Origin: Atractiella rhizophila
Taxonomy: Eukaryota
Length of the DNA stretch: 50,116 nt
Direction of reading: 5' to 3'
NCBI GenBank assembly: GCA_021432655.1
Contig: MU271527.1
Location: 1 to 50,116, forward strand
In this document: piece after piece, positions 9,495 to 23,939 of the stretch
Numbering within the stretch: position 1 is the first letter of the stretch
Layout of the letters: each line of letters opens with the position of its first letter
Notes under the pieces: generated by a model
Seen by the model: only the letters and a program-made list of their open reading frames with translations
What the model was told of the DNA's origin: nothing
The model's database searches: none
Made by a program: the position numbers and the translations under genes

Positions 9495-11120
9495 TTAGGA
9501 TGAGGGGCAATTGGGAAGAGTAATGTTCTTCAGGTTCTTATTAGAATCAAACAAGCCCCAGAAGCCCTCGACTCCCTCTACAAAGCGTGATCAAGACCAA
9601 CGTCAGAGTAAAAGAAGCAATGGGACTAACGGTATTGCACTTCTTTCCAAGGTTCATCGAAAGCCTCAAAGTAGAACCATCCGGTGCCGTTATTGTTCGC
9701 CTCGCATGGATAGGTGTCTAGGAAAGTCTGGAGCTGTGGAACGCCATACATGGCACCTCCGATTCCTGTATTGTTGGCTTCTGAAGCAGCGGATGGCCAA
9801 CCTGAAGCATATGATTTAGCGAGGTCGATCATAGAGCCATTCAACCTCACCGGTCTCTGCAATGTAGAGAGTCGGAGCAGGGTTCGCTTTCTCGACAGCG
9901 AGCACATCGGGATCTTCGTAATAACTCCATACCCAATCTGCAGCCTCTGCGACCGTCACACCGGCGAAGTATGCGTGAACTAGAACAAATGGTTAGATTT
10001 TACAGGTTAGTCGGTCAGAGCAAGAATGAGTGCACTGTTAGCCATGATGAAATCAGCCCCGTTCGCGAGATCAGTCGTTATTTCGGCTCCAGCATCTGCT
10101 GTTCCAACAGGGAGGTTATAACCCTTAGCTTTCACTTGATTTCGCACGTCTGCCATCCGCTCGACAACTAGGGTCGTCGCAGCGGTTCTCTTGGCAGTAT
10201 TATCCACATCTGGATCTTCCATCAAGATATACTGTTGCGCCATATTTCAATAGTTAATCTGAGAGGGTTGAACATCACATACCTCATTTCCGACAATCAA
10301 GCCAGAGACATGATCGGTTCCATACTTCTCGAGAGCATCAAAAGTCTGGTTTACTTGTCGGGCATAGGTTGTCTGAATGCATGCATGCTTCGTAAAAGGG
10401 TCGAGCGGAGGAAGAAGGCGACATACCTCATTGACGGGACTGTCTATCCAAATACCTAGAAAGACGGTCATGTTGACCTTTGTGACCTGGATCGCCTCAA
10501 GAATCATTTCGGTCTGATTACAGTCCGACCCGTAAGTGCGCAGGCGAGTGGTCAGCTGAGAGAGAATTTGAATGTCTTCTGTAACATTCGGTTGGCTTCC
10601 ACCACATCCTGGGTATTGCACATTGAGAGGGGTGTAACTGTTACGCCCAAATTAGCCCAACACCGTATTGTAGAAAATAAACCCACCACATGCCCCAAAA
10701 GCTTTGATGAAGTGCAGGATTCTTGTCAAAGACGCTCGGGTCATTCGGATCGCTGTTCACAACACCGCTGGTCTGACCGCTATTATTACTTGTGCCAGAG
10801 GAGGTGCTGGTCTTCTTGTCGGAATCGTTGTCCTTATTTCTGGTGACGAGGACCCCAGCGGTTACTCCTCCAGCGATCAGAGCGACTATAATCAGCCCGA
10901 TAATTATAGCCCATCGCTTTGACGAGCTGTTGGCGCGCTTCGTGTTCTCGAGCCAAGCTGAAGCACGATATCCTGGCGCGTTGACGTTTACGGATCGAGG
11001 AACATCGTTGGGGTGGACGAAGGAGTCGTTGGACTGCATGTAGGCACTTCGGGAGTTGGAGTAAGGAGTGTCGGGTGCTAAAGAGCGTGCAGATGGCGGG
11101 TAGTAATTCTGAACGTCCAT
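9495..11120 (-). CDS. Membrane-anchored glycoside hydrolase family 17 beta-1,3-glucanase/glucanosyltransferase (BtgC-like)
   Basis: N-terminal tail followed by a TM helix (WAIIIGLIIVALIAGGVTAGVLV). GH17 motifs: RLRTYGSDCNQ, GLIVGNE, DFIMAN, SGWPS, WFYFEAFDEPWK, WGLFD. Stop at 9497-9495. Confidence 0.9.
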
Positions 11121-11989
11121 TTTGGGGACGGGTTGGAGAAGAGAGGAGAAAACAAGGAATCAGACATTTATAGCCCACTCATGGATGACCGCAGCTTCGT
11201 CGCAGCCAGGACCTCACAAGACCTCGAAACAAAGCGGACACTCACATCGTCGTTTACATCCCACTGGGCATGAGTGTTTCCACCTCCCTTTGCATAATGC
11301 TCGTTATAATTATAAGCCATCTTCCATGCAAATCACAAAAACAGTTGGCGAATGCTGAATCGAGGTGGAAGTGGTCGGTGAGGGAGGAATATTTGTGCCC
11401 TGCGAGCCTGCGACAAGATATAAGGAGTGAGAAGAGACTGAGACCTTGCTGGAGCTACTAGAGCTGCAATCCTCTACTTTCAAGCGGCTCGGTTTTCTGA
11501 GAAGCACTTGGTCCTGCACTTGGTCGTTGTGTTGCGGAATGCTTGTTATCTGTCGGTCTTAGCGGCGGACTTTCCATCAACGACATCATCTCATTTCTTG
11601 CTTCAAATAAAAGCAATTACTTCATGACGCTGGAGACTGTGGGACATTTCGGAAAGTACGGTCGTTTGGGCTGCTAAGCATGCTAAGATCGCTTTGCAGG
11701 ACGAACGAATTTGAATGCAACAGCGAAACGATGAAACCATATGAATTCGAAAGAAGTATATCGTAGTATGTATATCAGAGTAATTAAGGGTCATAATCGA
11801 TCAAGAGTCCTTTGCGAATAAGATGTTGAAAGTATAGAATCGAAATAAGCATGGTATCCCTTTTCAAGTTTCTTTCGTCAAATGTTGAACTCAAATTACA
11901 ACACCATAAGACCTAAAGTAAGTCAACACCTAACTGAACAAGAGAATTTGCTGAATTTTTGACAAGGGGTTGCAGTTAGGTTGGGGGAA

Positions 11990-13518
11990 TTAAGGCGTTC
12001 TAGGTGGCGGTACTGTTCATGCCAACCTCAGCACTGCTCATTACACTATCATAAAGAGAATCACAACTCACGTTCCTTCGTATCCTCCGGTTCATCTTTC
12101 GAGGACACTGGAGGAAGGGAATGACCTTTCGCCTCTTCCGCACCAGAGCCAGACCCATCCCTACTCCCCACCGCCCTCCTCTCATGCCTCTCCTGCCGAT
12201 AATTATCTAAGCTCTTCCTCAGTTTATTCCCCAATCTCCCGCTCCCCTTTCTTCCTAAATTTACCGCCCCTTTCGAAGGGACTTCAGGAGGAATAACAAC
12301 CTTGCGTTCGGAAGAAAGCGAAGGTCGACCGGCCGTTGTGGGTGATGCGGGTTGCGGAACTTGTGTTTGAGGGATGGAAGCCTGAGAAGCAGCTGCGGAC
12401 GCATTGGCAGAGGCAGAGGAGGAAACGACCGTCGGAGGGGGACCTAGACCGAGGAGAAAATGGTCTTGATGCTCAATCAGAAATTCCAAAATCTCCTGAC
12501 TGCTCTTGTGACCCTTCGCCTCCGCTCCCGCTAACGCCTTGATCTCTTGTGCTGTCGACTCCCCAAGGTTCGTTAGATCGGTTTCTGGCGGACGGACGAG
12601 ACCAGGTTGGAAGACGACTGCGAGGTTGGAGGCTGTCATTAGATTGACGGAGGAGTTGCGAGCGAAGACGGAGAGTAGGTCGAGTACGTAGAGGAGAAGG
12701 CATTGTGAAGAGGGAGGGACGGAGAGAAGTAGCAGACGAAAGTGTTGAATTTTGGCGTCTTGCGATTGTCCGGGGTGGGTGAGACAGTCCCGAAAGCTGT
12801 GATAGAGGTCGTACGGCACTACAGGTTCCTACATCGCAATCACGGATCAGACGGTAGCTCCGCGCGTCAATGCAGGCAATTGGGACACTGACAGGCATCA
12901 TGTTAAGAAACCGCCGTAGAACGCTTGCAGCGTCGTGAACAGAGTAGTTTAACCACTGCAGGTCCTTCCCGTACTTTGGAGGAGCGTCAAAGATGGCTTG
13001 GAGCTCTTTCATCCGTTTCGCAGAGCCTGATACTCGGAAAACTCCCTCGGTTTCCGTCGCGTTCTCTTTTAGAAACAATCCACACTTTGCTACCACTATC
13101 GGAATGTATCCACTAGTCCCAAATCCAACTATCAAACGAGTCTGCCCCAAAAGGAAGAGCATGACGGGAGCTCACTAGATGTAGGATTTCCCGTCTTCCG
13201 CGTTGACCATAGATATAGCCACGCTCGCATACTTGAGACTTTCGCTTAAGTGGACCCCAAACACTCCTCCGTTCTTGTCGTTCACCCCTCGTGACTTCTC
13301 CTTCCCCCTCTCGTCACTGTTCTTCCACGGCAACTTCCACCAATGTGGCTTGTTAAATCGCTCGCCTGCCGAGGTTGGGGAGGGTAGGGAGTCAGGCTGA
13401 GTGCCTGGTGAGGACCGTGAGGGAGCCATAATGTTGAAGGTGGATGGTGGTTCCGTCAATGATTCTGGCGTATCGTACGTACGTTAGCTCGCTTGTTTAC
13501 GCGCAAGGACGTACTCAT
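11990..13518 (-). CDS. Rho GTPase-activating protein (Sac7/Bag7/Rga5-like)
   Basis: Motifs [45 protein letters not shown] (arginine finger), [12 protein letters not shown] and [15 protein letters not shown]. The start (13518 via a micro-exon, or 13429) and the last exon are inferred. Confidence 0.9.
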
Positions 13519-14946
13519 CCACTCAAACCAACCAAGAAAGACGAAAACGACGTTTCAGGTAATTTCGAGAACTGGGATTGTGGCGGGAGTTACACCAAAA
13601 GGGTAAAGAGGACGTCTTCACCTAGTATCTTGGAAGGTTCGGGTTGTGGAAGAATTGATGTCACGATGATGGGATGTTGGCAGGGAATGTTGGAGATCAG
13701 CCAATGATTTGCTTCAATGATAAGGATGGAATTGGATGCACGGAGTAATTCAGGAAAACATTGTGCTGCTTTGAAAGATATTCTGAGAGATATCATGCGT
13801 ATTTCATACGAAGAATGTCATATGCAGTGCACATCCTTGCTTTTCATTTCCGTGGCTAGTTGTTCCTGGGCGTCCCAAGCTTTGACTCCCTATGTAGCTC
13901 TGCCCCAACAATAGAATTCCAACCTCATGTCGGCTTTGGGATCACCAAATTCAGTTGCACATCATTCAGTAAATTCGAGCAAATCATTGCTTTCCGTTTC
14001 CGAATTCGCGGGGGCTCGTGCACCCTGGGAAGGCGGGTGACTCCGTTGCTCCCTTCTCCCGACTTTCAGAAGTTCTGCCAGTTTTTGAGGCATCTTCATT
14101 GAGGGCGGTCGACAGTCGTGGATTTGTAAGGTGTTGATTCAGTTGGTTTTGCAGTGAACGATGTCACGGTGCAGTTATGTCCACAAGGGTTGGTGACCGT
14201 GATCCCAAGTCATGACGCGGTTAGCCCTTGACCAACTACTAGGAGGGGAACAGGATTGCATGTGGCTCTATGATCGGAAAGGTCGATGGCTCTCCCGGAT
14301 TCCTGTCAAGCAGATCGCCCTGTTTGAATGAAGGCCTTTACAGAAGTATCACAGCTTTTTGCTCCTCAACCCCTCAACGGCCTCCACAGAAACGTACACT
14401 GGTACGACTTAAGCTGCAGCATTCCGCAACGGTGTACTGGCTCAAGTCGAGGCAAAGAAGATTTGAAAGTAGGAGAAGAACAAACCCAGATACATCGGAT
14501 GACCCGAGACCAGTCCCAATATCGGGTTGGTGGGCGACTCGGAAAGCAAGCGAATTTGGATCTTGGTCCTCATGAAGCCCTCGTGCAGCTCATCAGCTCC
14601 ATCAGGAATTGCCCTACTGGCAGGCTTTCTTGTGTTCTCATGTAAAATTGACTACTCTTTTCGTGTCACTGTGACGAACCCTCTACCGTACTGTTCACTG
14701 TCTGTGCGAGCCTCCTCCTCAACACCATGTATCTTATAACATCCCCCAGTTGCCTTCTCTCTGTCTGGTTTTGTCGAATAAGAATGTCACGGTTGTGCAT
14801 ACCGGTGTTTGCTCTTCTTCGAGATCACCTCCGAGTTGATCGGCAAAACAGTCGTGCCTCTTCTCCAAGTATATAGCTCTCGCTTCCCACTTTCTGCTAT
14901 CTGCCTTTCTTGAGCATCCTCATCAATCGTTTACTTGAGCATCACA

Positions 14947-17029
14947 ATGATCGACTCACAGCTCCCACTCCTCCTGCTCGTCACCTCACTCCTGCTAGCG
15001 TTTTATCTTTACCCCGTGAGTCTCTCCGTCATTCATTTTATGTTTATTTATTTTATTCATTATCTTCCTAACTTCCATATTCACAGAAAAAACGCTCAGA
15101 CCTCCCTCCCGGACCAGCCCCCTCGCTTTTCCTAGGCAACCGACAGCAAGTGCCCAAGGACAAGCCATGGCGATGGTTCCGCGACCTGAACCTCAAATAC
15201 GGCGACGTAGTCTACCTACAGATGGGAGGCACACCTACGATCGTACTTGGAAGCGCGAAGGTGGCATGGGAGCTGTTGGAGAAGCGAAACAACATCTACA
15301 GTGGCCGGCCGCGGTTCATCATGGTGCGCCATCCCCTTCCCTTTTTATCGTTTTCCCGCGAGGGATATGCCGACAGATGCTGGATGTAGGGACAGGAACT
15401 GCTCTCCGACAACCTGCGCGGCCTCATGTCCTCCCCTTCCCCCTTCTGGCGTCGATGGAGGAAGTGCCTCCACCTCGCGTTCATGTCTCGTGCCGCCGAT
15501 GCTTACAAACCAATTCAGTCGTTGGAGTCTAAACAGCTCCTGTGGGAACTCTTGAACGATGGCGAGAGTCAGGGTACCGCTGGTGGGACGGTGTGGATGG
15601 AGAGAGTGGAGAGGTATGCGGCGAGCGTTATTGTTGCGGTCACTTACGGCAGGAGGTTCGTTGTTTCTCTTCCATTTTCATCAGCCCCTTTATTTTGTTG
15701 GCACTTCTCAACGGCGCTCACCGATTTGTTGAACATTCCCTTGAGATGGCCTTTATAATTACTCACCTATATATTTTTTGTGATCAAACGTTCATATCTA
15801 ACACCACTTAACTCGTGGTGGAACAGGGTGCTCGATCTCAAGACCGACTCAGTCGTAGCCTCCAACAACGCAGCCATGACTGCTCTTACCTCGTTCAACA
15901 TCCCCGGTAAATACCTCGTCGAGTCCCTTCCGTCGCTCCTGTGGCTCCCTAACTTCCTCACGCCCTGGAGGACGGCGGCGTTGAAGAGGCGAGAAGAAGA
16001 TATCAAGCTTTACACCGGCTTAGTGGAAGAAGTGAAGGCAAAAATGAAGGAGGGAAAGGCGCCGGAAAGCTTTTGTAGGACCATTATAGAGAATCAACAA
16101 GAGTTGGGGATGAGTGATATCGAGGTCGCATACACCTGTAGGTACCCTGCTTTCCTCCTCCAATGTGTGATCCATCCACTTTCTTTGTTCGAATCTCCCG
16201 AATTCATGACTGACCATTCGATACGTCAAAGGCTCGACCCCTTTTGGTGCAGGAATCGAGACCTCTTCAGGAACGATTGCGGTCTTCATCATGGCCTGCG
16301 TACACGCTGGAGAGACGTTCACGAAGAAAGCTCAAGAGGAATTGGACCGAGTGGTGGGTTCGGAGAGGATGCCAGATTGGGGAGACCTCGATGAACTCGT
16401 CTACGTCAAAGCCGTCGTTGGGGAAACGTTCAGGTGGAGACCAGTAGCTGTTCGTTTTTCTTCCTATCATCAACCTGAGGCGATGATACACTGATGCTGG
16501 ATGTAAACAGGTCCTCGGAGGAACACCCCATCAATCGACCCAGGACGACGTCTATAACGGAATGTACATCCCCAAAGGCACAACTGTCATCGGCAACCTC
16601 TGGTCCATCCACCTAAACCCCACCGACTTTCCAGACCCCGACAAATTCGACCCTTCCCGGTTCTTAGGGACAAGAGACTATCCCGGCGCCTTTGGACACA
16701 GTGCATTCGGGTTTGTCCTCCCTATTATCCCTGTCTTGCCTGAATGACGTTTACGCAGATGGGGTCGACGCATCTGTCCCGGATGGCCTATCGGTCACAA
16801 TTCGGTGTTCCTCAATGTTGCGCGCATGCTTTGGGCCTTTAACATCCTGCCCGCTCTCAACCAGAGTGGCAAACCAATTCCAGTCGACACTATGAATCTG
16901 ACAAGCGGTTTCAATTCGAGGCCACATCCTTTCCCTTGCAGGTTCCAGGTGAGAAGTGCAAAGCATAAGGAAGTGGTGGAGAGGGAATGGGCTGGCGTGA
17001 AGGAAGAAGTTGGGGCGTATGAGCGGTGA
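14947..17029 (+). CDS. Cytochrome P450 monooxygenase (CYP64-clan/OrdA-like), multi-exon
   Basis: N-terminal anchor, LPGP/LFLGN region, I-helix GAGIET, ETFR (ExxR), FDPSRF, and the intron-split heme motif FG|WGRRICPG. Confidence 0.93.
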
Positions 17030-19209
17030 GAGGGTAGTTCAACAGTATGTTGGTGGGTAGGCAATTCTGCTGGAGTTGAGGCAGGAAGGTAGAAACGATT
17101 GTTGTATTTTATCCATAACTGCAAATGCATTGCAGCCTCGTTCGCAGTTTCACTCTCATCGCAAGCGAACATAACCAGTAATCGTTATGACGTTGATTAT
17201 CATTCACTTTTACTATTAGTGCAAATTACTTTGTGTGAAAAACGATAAAACAACATCTACAGTGGCCGGCCGCGGTTCATCATGGTGCGCCATCCCCTTC
17301 CCTTTTTATCGTTTTCCCGCGAGGGATATGCCGACAGATGCTGGATGTAGGGACAGGAACTGCTCTCCGACAACCTGCGCGGCCTCATGTCCTCCCCTTC
17401 CCCCTTCTGGCGTCGATGGAGGAAGTGCCTCCACCTCGCGTTCATGTCTCGTGCCGCCGATGCTTACAAACCAATTCAGTCGTTGGAGTCTAAACAGCTC
17501 CTGTGGGAACTCTTGAACGATGGCGAGAGTCAGGGTACCACTGGCGGGACGGTGTGGATGGAGAGAGTGGAGAGGTATGCGGCGAGCGTTATTGTTGCGG
17601 TCACGTATGGCAGGAGGTTCGTTGTTTCTCTTCCATTTTCATCAGCCCCTTTATTTTGTTGGCACTTCTCAACGGCGCTCACCGATTTGTTGAACATTCC
17701 CTTGAGATGGCCTTTATAATTACTCACCTATATATTTTTTGTGATCAAACGTTCATATCTAACACCACTTAACTCGTGGTGGAACAGGGTGCTCGATCTC
17801 AAGACCGACTCAGTCGTAGCCTCCAACAACGCAGCCATGACTGCTCTAACTTCATTCAACATCCCCGGTAAATACCTCGTCGAGTCCCTTCCGTCGCTCC
17901 TGTGGCTCCCTAACTTCCTCACGCCCTGGAGGACGGCGGCGTTGAAGAGGCGAGAAGAAGATATCAAGCTTTACACCGGCTTAGTGGAAGAAGTGAAGGC
18001 AAAAATGAAGGAGGGAAAGGCGCCGGAAAGCTTTTGTAGGACCATTATAGAGAATCAACAAGAGTTGGGGATGAGTGATATCGAGGTCGCATACACCTGT
18101 AGGTACCCTGCTTTCCTCCTCCAATGTGTGATCCATCCACTTTCTTTGTTCGAATCTCCCGAATTCATGACTGACCATTCGATACGTCAAAGGCTCGACC
18201 CCTTTTGGTGCAGGAATCGAGACCTCTTCAGGAACGATTGCGGTCTTCATCATGGCGTGCGTACACGCTGGAGAGACGTTCACGAAGAAAGCTCAAGAGG
18301 AATTGGACCGAGTGGTGGGTTCGGAGAGGATGCCAGATTGGGGAGACCTCGATGAACTCGTCTACGTCAAAGCCGTCGTTGGGGAAACGTTCAGGTGGAG
18401 ACCAGTAGCTGTTCGTTTTTCTTCCTATCATCAACCTGAGGCGATGATACACTGATGCTGGATGTAAACAGGTCCTCGGAGGAACACCCCATCAATCGAC
18501 CCAGGACGACGTCTATAACGGAATGTACATCCCCAAAGGCACAACTGTCATCGGCAACCTCTGGTCCATCCACCTAAACCCCACCGACTTTCCAGACCCC
18601 GACAAATTCGACCCTTCCCGGTTCTTAGGGACGAGAGACTATCCAGGCGCCTTTGGACACAGTGCATTCGGGTTTGTCCTCCCTATTATCCCTGTCTTGC
18701 CTGAATGACGTTTACGCAGATGGGGTCGACGCATCTGTCCCGGATGGCCTATCGGCCACAACTCGGTGTTCCTCAACGTTGCGCGAATGCTTTGGGCCTT
18801 CAACATCCTGCCCGCTCTCAACCAGAGTGGCAAACCAATTCCAGTGGACACTATGAATCTGACAAGTGGTTTCAATTCGAGGCCGCATCCTTTCCCTTGC
18901 AGATTCCAGGTGAGAAGTGCAAAGCATAAGGAAGTGGTGGAGAGGGAATGGGCTGGCGTGAAGGAAGAAGTTGGGGCGTATGAGCGGTGAGAGGGTAGTT
19001 CAACAGTATGTTGGTGGGTAGGCAATTCTGTTGGAGTTGAGGCAGGAAGGTAGAAAAGATTGTTGTATTTTATCCATAACTGCAAATGCATTGCAGCCTC
19101 GTTCGCAGTTTCACTCTCATCGCAAGCGAACATAACCAGTAATCGTTATGACGTTGATTATCATTCACTTTTACTATTAGTGCAAATTACTTTGTGTGAA
19201 AAAACGATA
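15287..19209. repeat. ~1.96-kb tandem duplication (15287-17247 / 17248-19209)
   Basis: Constant offset of 1961 between paired ORFs, with scattered SNPs. Confidence 0.97.
17248..18990 (+). pseudogene. 5'-truncated second copy (or second allele) of the P450 gene
   Basis: Starts mid-exon 2 with no start codon or membrane anchor. The remaining exons are intact with almost only silent changes. Confidence 0.8.
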
Positions 19210-22200
19210 CCGCCTCGAGAAAGGGGTAGGGAACGTGAACGAAAGCATCTATGTCCTCAAACCAGCACCAGCAAAGAAGTAATGTACCCGAAAATACTAA
19301 GAAACCAAGCTCCTACATAACATAAATACTTTCATGGTCGTTGCAAGGAGTTGCGACCGATTAGACGGTGGGCGACCTCTCCGCTGACAGGCTGGAGAGA
19401 GCTGTGGGATGGTCTGGTGGGCTTTGAGGAGGGGGAGAGTCGGGAGGAGATGTCGGTATCGGCCGTGGAATGCGCTCGACTTGAGCATCCAGGATCTGCA
19501 GCACGCATCGTTACAACATCAGAAAGGTCCCTATCGTCAGGATCGGGAAACGCACCTCCTTCTTCAGAGCCTCTGAATCCTTCTCCGTCCCTACGTCCTC
19601 CTCATCCGAGTCAACCTTGACAGCTTGTAAGGCCGTTCCTTTCCTAAACACCTCTCCCTCCTCCATCGTCAACACTCTCGAATGAGTTCCTGTCGGACTC
19701 CTGGGGCTGGTGGCGCCACCACTTCCTTCCCGTGCCGCCTTCGGTAAGTCGATGGAGAGGTGTTTCCTCTTACTCGGATCATCAATCTCCTCGGCATCCG
19801 ATAGATCTTCGTCCGAATCAGTGATGCTGAAAGCAGGAGAGGTAGGAGAGGCAGAAGAATGGCTGCCATCTGGTGAGATTGGAGGCGTGGAACTTGATGG
19901 CGATGAGATATTCATCTTTGGCGGATTGTGAGATTCGATGGACCGACGACGGCGAACTTGGGTGTCAGGAGTTGGAGAAGGTATTGGAGGGTCGTAGATC
20001 TGAGTCGCACGATTGAGTTGGGAGGAGAGGTTCGCGCTCAGCGACTTAGCTTCCTCTGCATAACACACCATGAGGACCGAGCATAAAGGAGCGATAAGAA
20101 TCCTCACCCAACCTATCCGGACGCATGCTGTTCATGGATTCCTGCAGTTGAGCGAGCGCGAGTCTTCCTTGATCGAGCAAATCCTTCACGAAATCTTTCT
20201 GTTCGACCTTGCCATCCTTCACAAACACCGCCTCATCCGCATCCAGAATCTCCTCCAAGATAGCCCTCACTTCCTCCGCCGCACCCATCATCTTGACCTC
20301 CTGACTTCTCCTCGTCGGAGGCAACAGACGATTAGGACCATTATCCACTCCCTTCGCGCGCACTTTGGACGTCGCCAGTTCCTGTTGATATTTCAGGTTC
20401 CGAGCGACTGCAGATTTGACCATGGGGGCAGCGACCGATTGTTTTATTCCACGAGCGGCAAGCTCATCTTGAGCGAGTTGGGTGTTGCGCGAACAGGTTT
20501 GGAGAAGGTCTTGGGAGAGATGGGCAAAGTCGGGATCGTTAGGGGGGATGTCGAGGTCGAGGCATCGGAGGACGCGATTCATTTTGAGGGAAACGGCGAG
20601 CGCGAGGACGCCTGCCATTTCGATCTGTGGACATAGTTCGGATTAGCATCGCATCATTGATTGCAGCATTCGAAGGGACATACCGAATGATTTTCTGCCA
20701 AGTCGAGCTGGATGAGACCTTTGGCGTCTGGTAAGAACTCAGCCAATGCAATCGCCCCTTCGGTTGCTAGATCAGTCGCGTTCAAGTAGATCCTCTTTAG
20801 AGAGCCGTTGATAACAAAGGCTGATCTAAGAGCCGTTACTCCTTCAGTCGTCGGGCCACAACAAGGATTCCTGGACAAATCTAAAGTCTCGAGAGTCGTA
20901 TTGTATTTCTACCATAAAATATCAGCTCGCACTCCATTAATCTTTTCAACCCCATAGAATGGAGAGGGGGGACGACAAACCAGAGCCTCTGCAATAGCCA
21001 CTAGTCCTTGGCATACGATTCCATTTTCGCTCAAATTGAGTACCCTCAACGTCCTATTCCGCTTCAAGACCTGCGCAACATAAGTGATCCCCGTCCGAAT
21101 ATCGTTTCCCTTAATATCGAGCACCCTAAGCTGTCCCAACCTCGGCATCTCCTCAAACTGTCTCTGCAAGCGCAACCTATTCTCCGCCGCCCTCTTGCTT
21201 TCCACCGCCGTCACAACCACGCTCGTCTTCTCCGGTCCAATCCCTCCTTCCTCCTCTTCCTCCGCTCCATCCTTTCCGTGTCCATTGATCGAGGATATGG
21301 AGGGCGAGGGGGACGGAGGAGGAACGTAAGAGGGCGGGAGACGGCGAAGGTCGGTTTGGGAGGTTTGGCGGGCGGTGATGGATGAGGAGGGCTCGGGCAG
21401 GGTGAGGGTGTCGGTTGAGAGGGAGGGCGAGTTGACGAGCGTCCAGGTGGAGGTGTCGGGGAGAGGGAGCGCGTTGGAATCGTTGGAGACGGGGTAGTCA
21501 CGCATGAGGAGAGCGATGGCTACGGCGCCTAATTGGTTGATCTTGTTCCTTCTCAAAGATACGTTTTGAAAAAACGATACCGCCTCGAGAAAGGGGTAGG
21601 GAACGTGAACGAAAGCATCTATGTCCTCAAACCAGCACCAGCAAAGAAGTAATGTACCCGAAAATACTAAGAAACCAAGCTCCTACATAACATAAATACT
21701 TTCATGGTCGTTGCAAGGAGTTGCGACCGATTAGACGGTGGGTGACCTCTCCGCTGATAGGCTGGATAGAGCTGTGGGATGGTCCGGTGGGCTCTGCGGA
21801 GGCGGAGAGTCGGGAGGAGATGTCGGTATCGGCCGTGGAATGCGCTCGACTTGAGCATCCAGGATCTGCAGCACGCATCGTTACAACATCAGGAAGGTCC
21901 CTATCGTCAGGATTGGGAAACGCACCTCCTTCTTCAGAGCCTCTGAATCCTTCTCCGTCCCTACGTCCTCCTCATCCGAGTCAACCTTGACAGCTTGTAA
22001 GGCCGTTCCTTTCCTAAACACCTCTCCCTCCTCCATCGTCAACACTCTCGAATGAGTTCCTGTCGGACTCCTGGGGCTGGTGGCGCCACCACTTCCTTCC
22101 CGTGCCGCCTTCGGTAAGTCGATGGAGAGGTGTTTCCTCTTACTCGGATCATCAACCTCCTCGGCATCCGATAGATCTTCGTCCGAATCAGTGATGCTGA

Positions 22201-23939
22201 AAGCAGGAGAGGTGGGAGAGGCAGAAGAATGGCTGCCATCGGGTGAGATTGGAGGCGTGGAACTTGATGGCGATGAGATATTCATCTTTGGTGGATTGTG
22301 AGATTCGATGGACCGACGACGGCGAACTTGGGTGTCAGGAGTTGGAGAAGGGATAGGAGGGTCGTAGATCTGAGTCGCACGATTGAGTTGGGAGGAGAGG
22401 TTCGCGCTCAGTGACTTTGCTTCCTCTGCATAACAAACCATGAGGACAGCGAATAAAGGAACGGTAAGAATCCTCACCCAACCTATCCGGACGCATGCTA
22501 TTCATGGATTCCTGCAGTTGAGCGAGCGCAAGTCTCCCTTGATCGAGCAAATCCTTCACGAAATCTTTCTGTTCGACTTTGCCATCCTTCACAAACACCG
22601 CCTCATCCGCATCCAGAATCTCCTCCAAGATAGCCCTCACTTCCTCCGCCGCACCCATCATCTTGACCTCCTGACTTCTCCTCGTCGGAGGCAACAAACG
22701 ATTAGGACCATTGTCCACTCCCTTCGCGCGCACCTTAGACGTCGCCAGTTCCTGTTGATATTTCAGGTTCCGAGCGACTGCAGATTTGACCATGGGAGCA
22801 GCGACCGATTGTTTTATTCCACGAGCGGCAAGCTCATCTTGGGCGAGTTGGGTGTTGCGCGAACAGGTTTGGAGAAGGTCTTGGGAGAGGTGGGCAAAGT
22901 CTGGATCGTTAGGGGGGATGTCGAGGTCGAGGCATCGGAGGACGCGATTCATTTTGAGGGAAACGGCGAGCGCGAGGACGCCTGCCATTTCGATCTGTGG
23001 ACATAGTTCGGATTAACATTGGCATCATTGATTGTAGGATACGAAAGGACATACCGAATGATTTTCTGCCAAGTCGAGCTGGATGAGACCTTTGGCGTCT
23101 GGTAAGAACTCAGCCAATGCAATCGCCCCTTCGGTTGCTAGATCAGTCGCGTTCAAGTAGATCCTCTTTAGAGAGCCGTTGATAACGAAGGCTGATCTAA
23201 GGGCCGTTACTCCTTCAGTCGTCGGGCCACAACAAGGATTCCTGGACAAATCTAAAGTCTCGAGAGTCGTATTGTATTTCTACCATAAAATATCAGCTCG
23301 CACTCCATTAATCTTTTCAACCCCATAGAATGGAGAGGGGGGACGACAAACCAGAGCCTCTGCAATAGCCACTAGTCCTTGGCATACGATTCCATTTTCG
23401 CTCAAATTGAGAACCCTCAGCGTCCTATTCCGCTTCAAGACCTGCGCAACATAAGTGATCCCCGTCCGAATATCGTTTCCCTTAATATCGAGCACCCTAA
23501 GCTGTCCCAACCTCGGCATCTCCTCAAACTGTCTCTGCAAGCGCAACCTATTCTCCGCCGCCCTCTTACTCTCCACCGCCGTCACAACCACGCTCGTCTT
23601 CTCCGGTCCAATCCCTCCTTCCTCCTCTTCCTCCGCTCCATCCTTTCCGTGTCCATTGATCGAGGATATGGAGGGCGAGGGCGAAGGAGGAGGAACGTAC
23701 GAGGGCGGGAGACGGCGAAGGTCGGTTTGGGAGGTTTGGCGGGCGGTGATGGATGAGGAGGGCTCGGGCAGGGTGAGGGTGTCGGTTGAGAGGGAGGGCG
23801 AGTTGACGAGCGTCCAGGCGGAGGTGTCGGGGAGAGGGAGCGCGTTGGAATCGTTGGAGACGGGGTAGTCACGCATGAGGAGAGCGATGGCTACGGCGCC
23901 CAGTTGGTTGATCTTGTTCCTTCTCAAAGATACGTTTTG
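19197..23939. repeat. ~2.37-kb tandem duplication (19197-21568 / 21568-23939)
   Basis: Offset of 2370-2371 between paired ORFs, with scattered SNPs. Confidence 0.97.
19361..21568 (-). pseudogene. 5'-truncated second copy (or second allele) of the LRR protein gene
   Basis: Contains only the 3' part, from NVSLRRNKI onward, with intact frames and splice sites. Confidence 0.8.

Noticed and set aside
14947..18990. Tandem P450 pair as a secondary-metabolite cluster
   Set aside because: The second copy is 5'-truncated and allele-like, and there is no PKS, NRPS or terpene synthase in the window.
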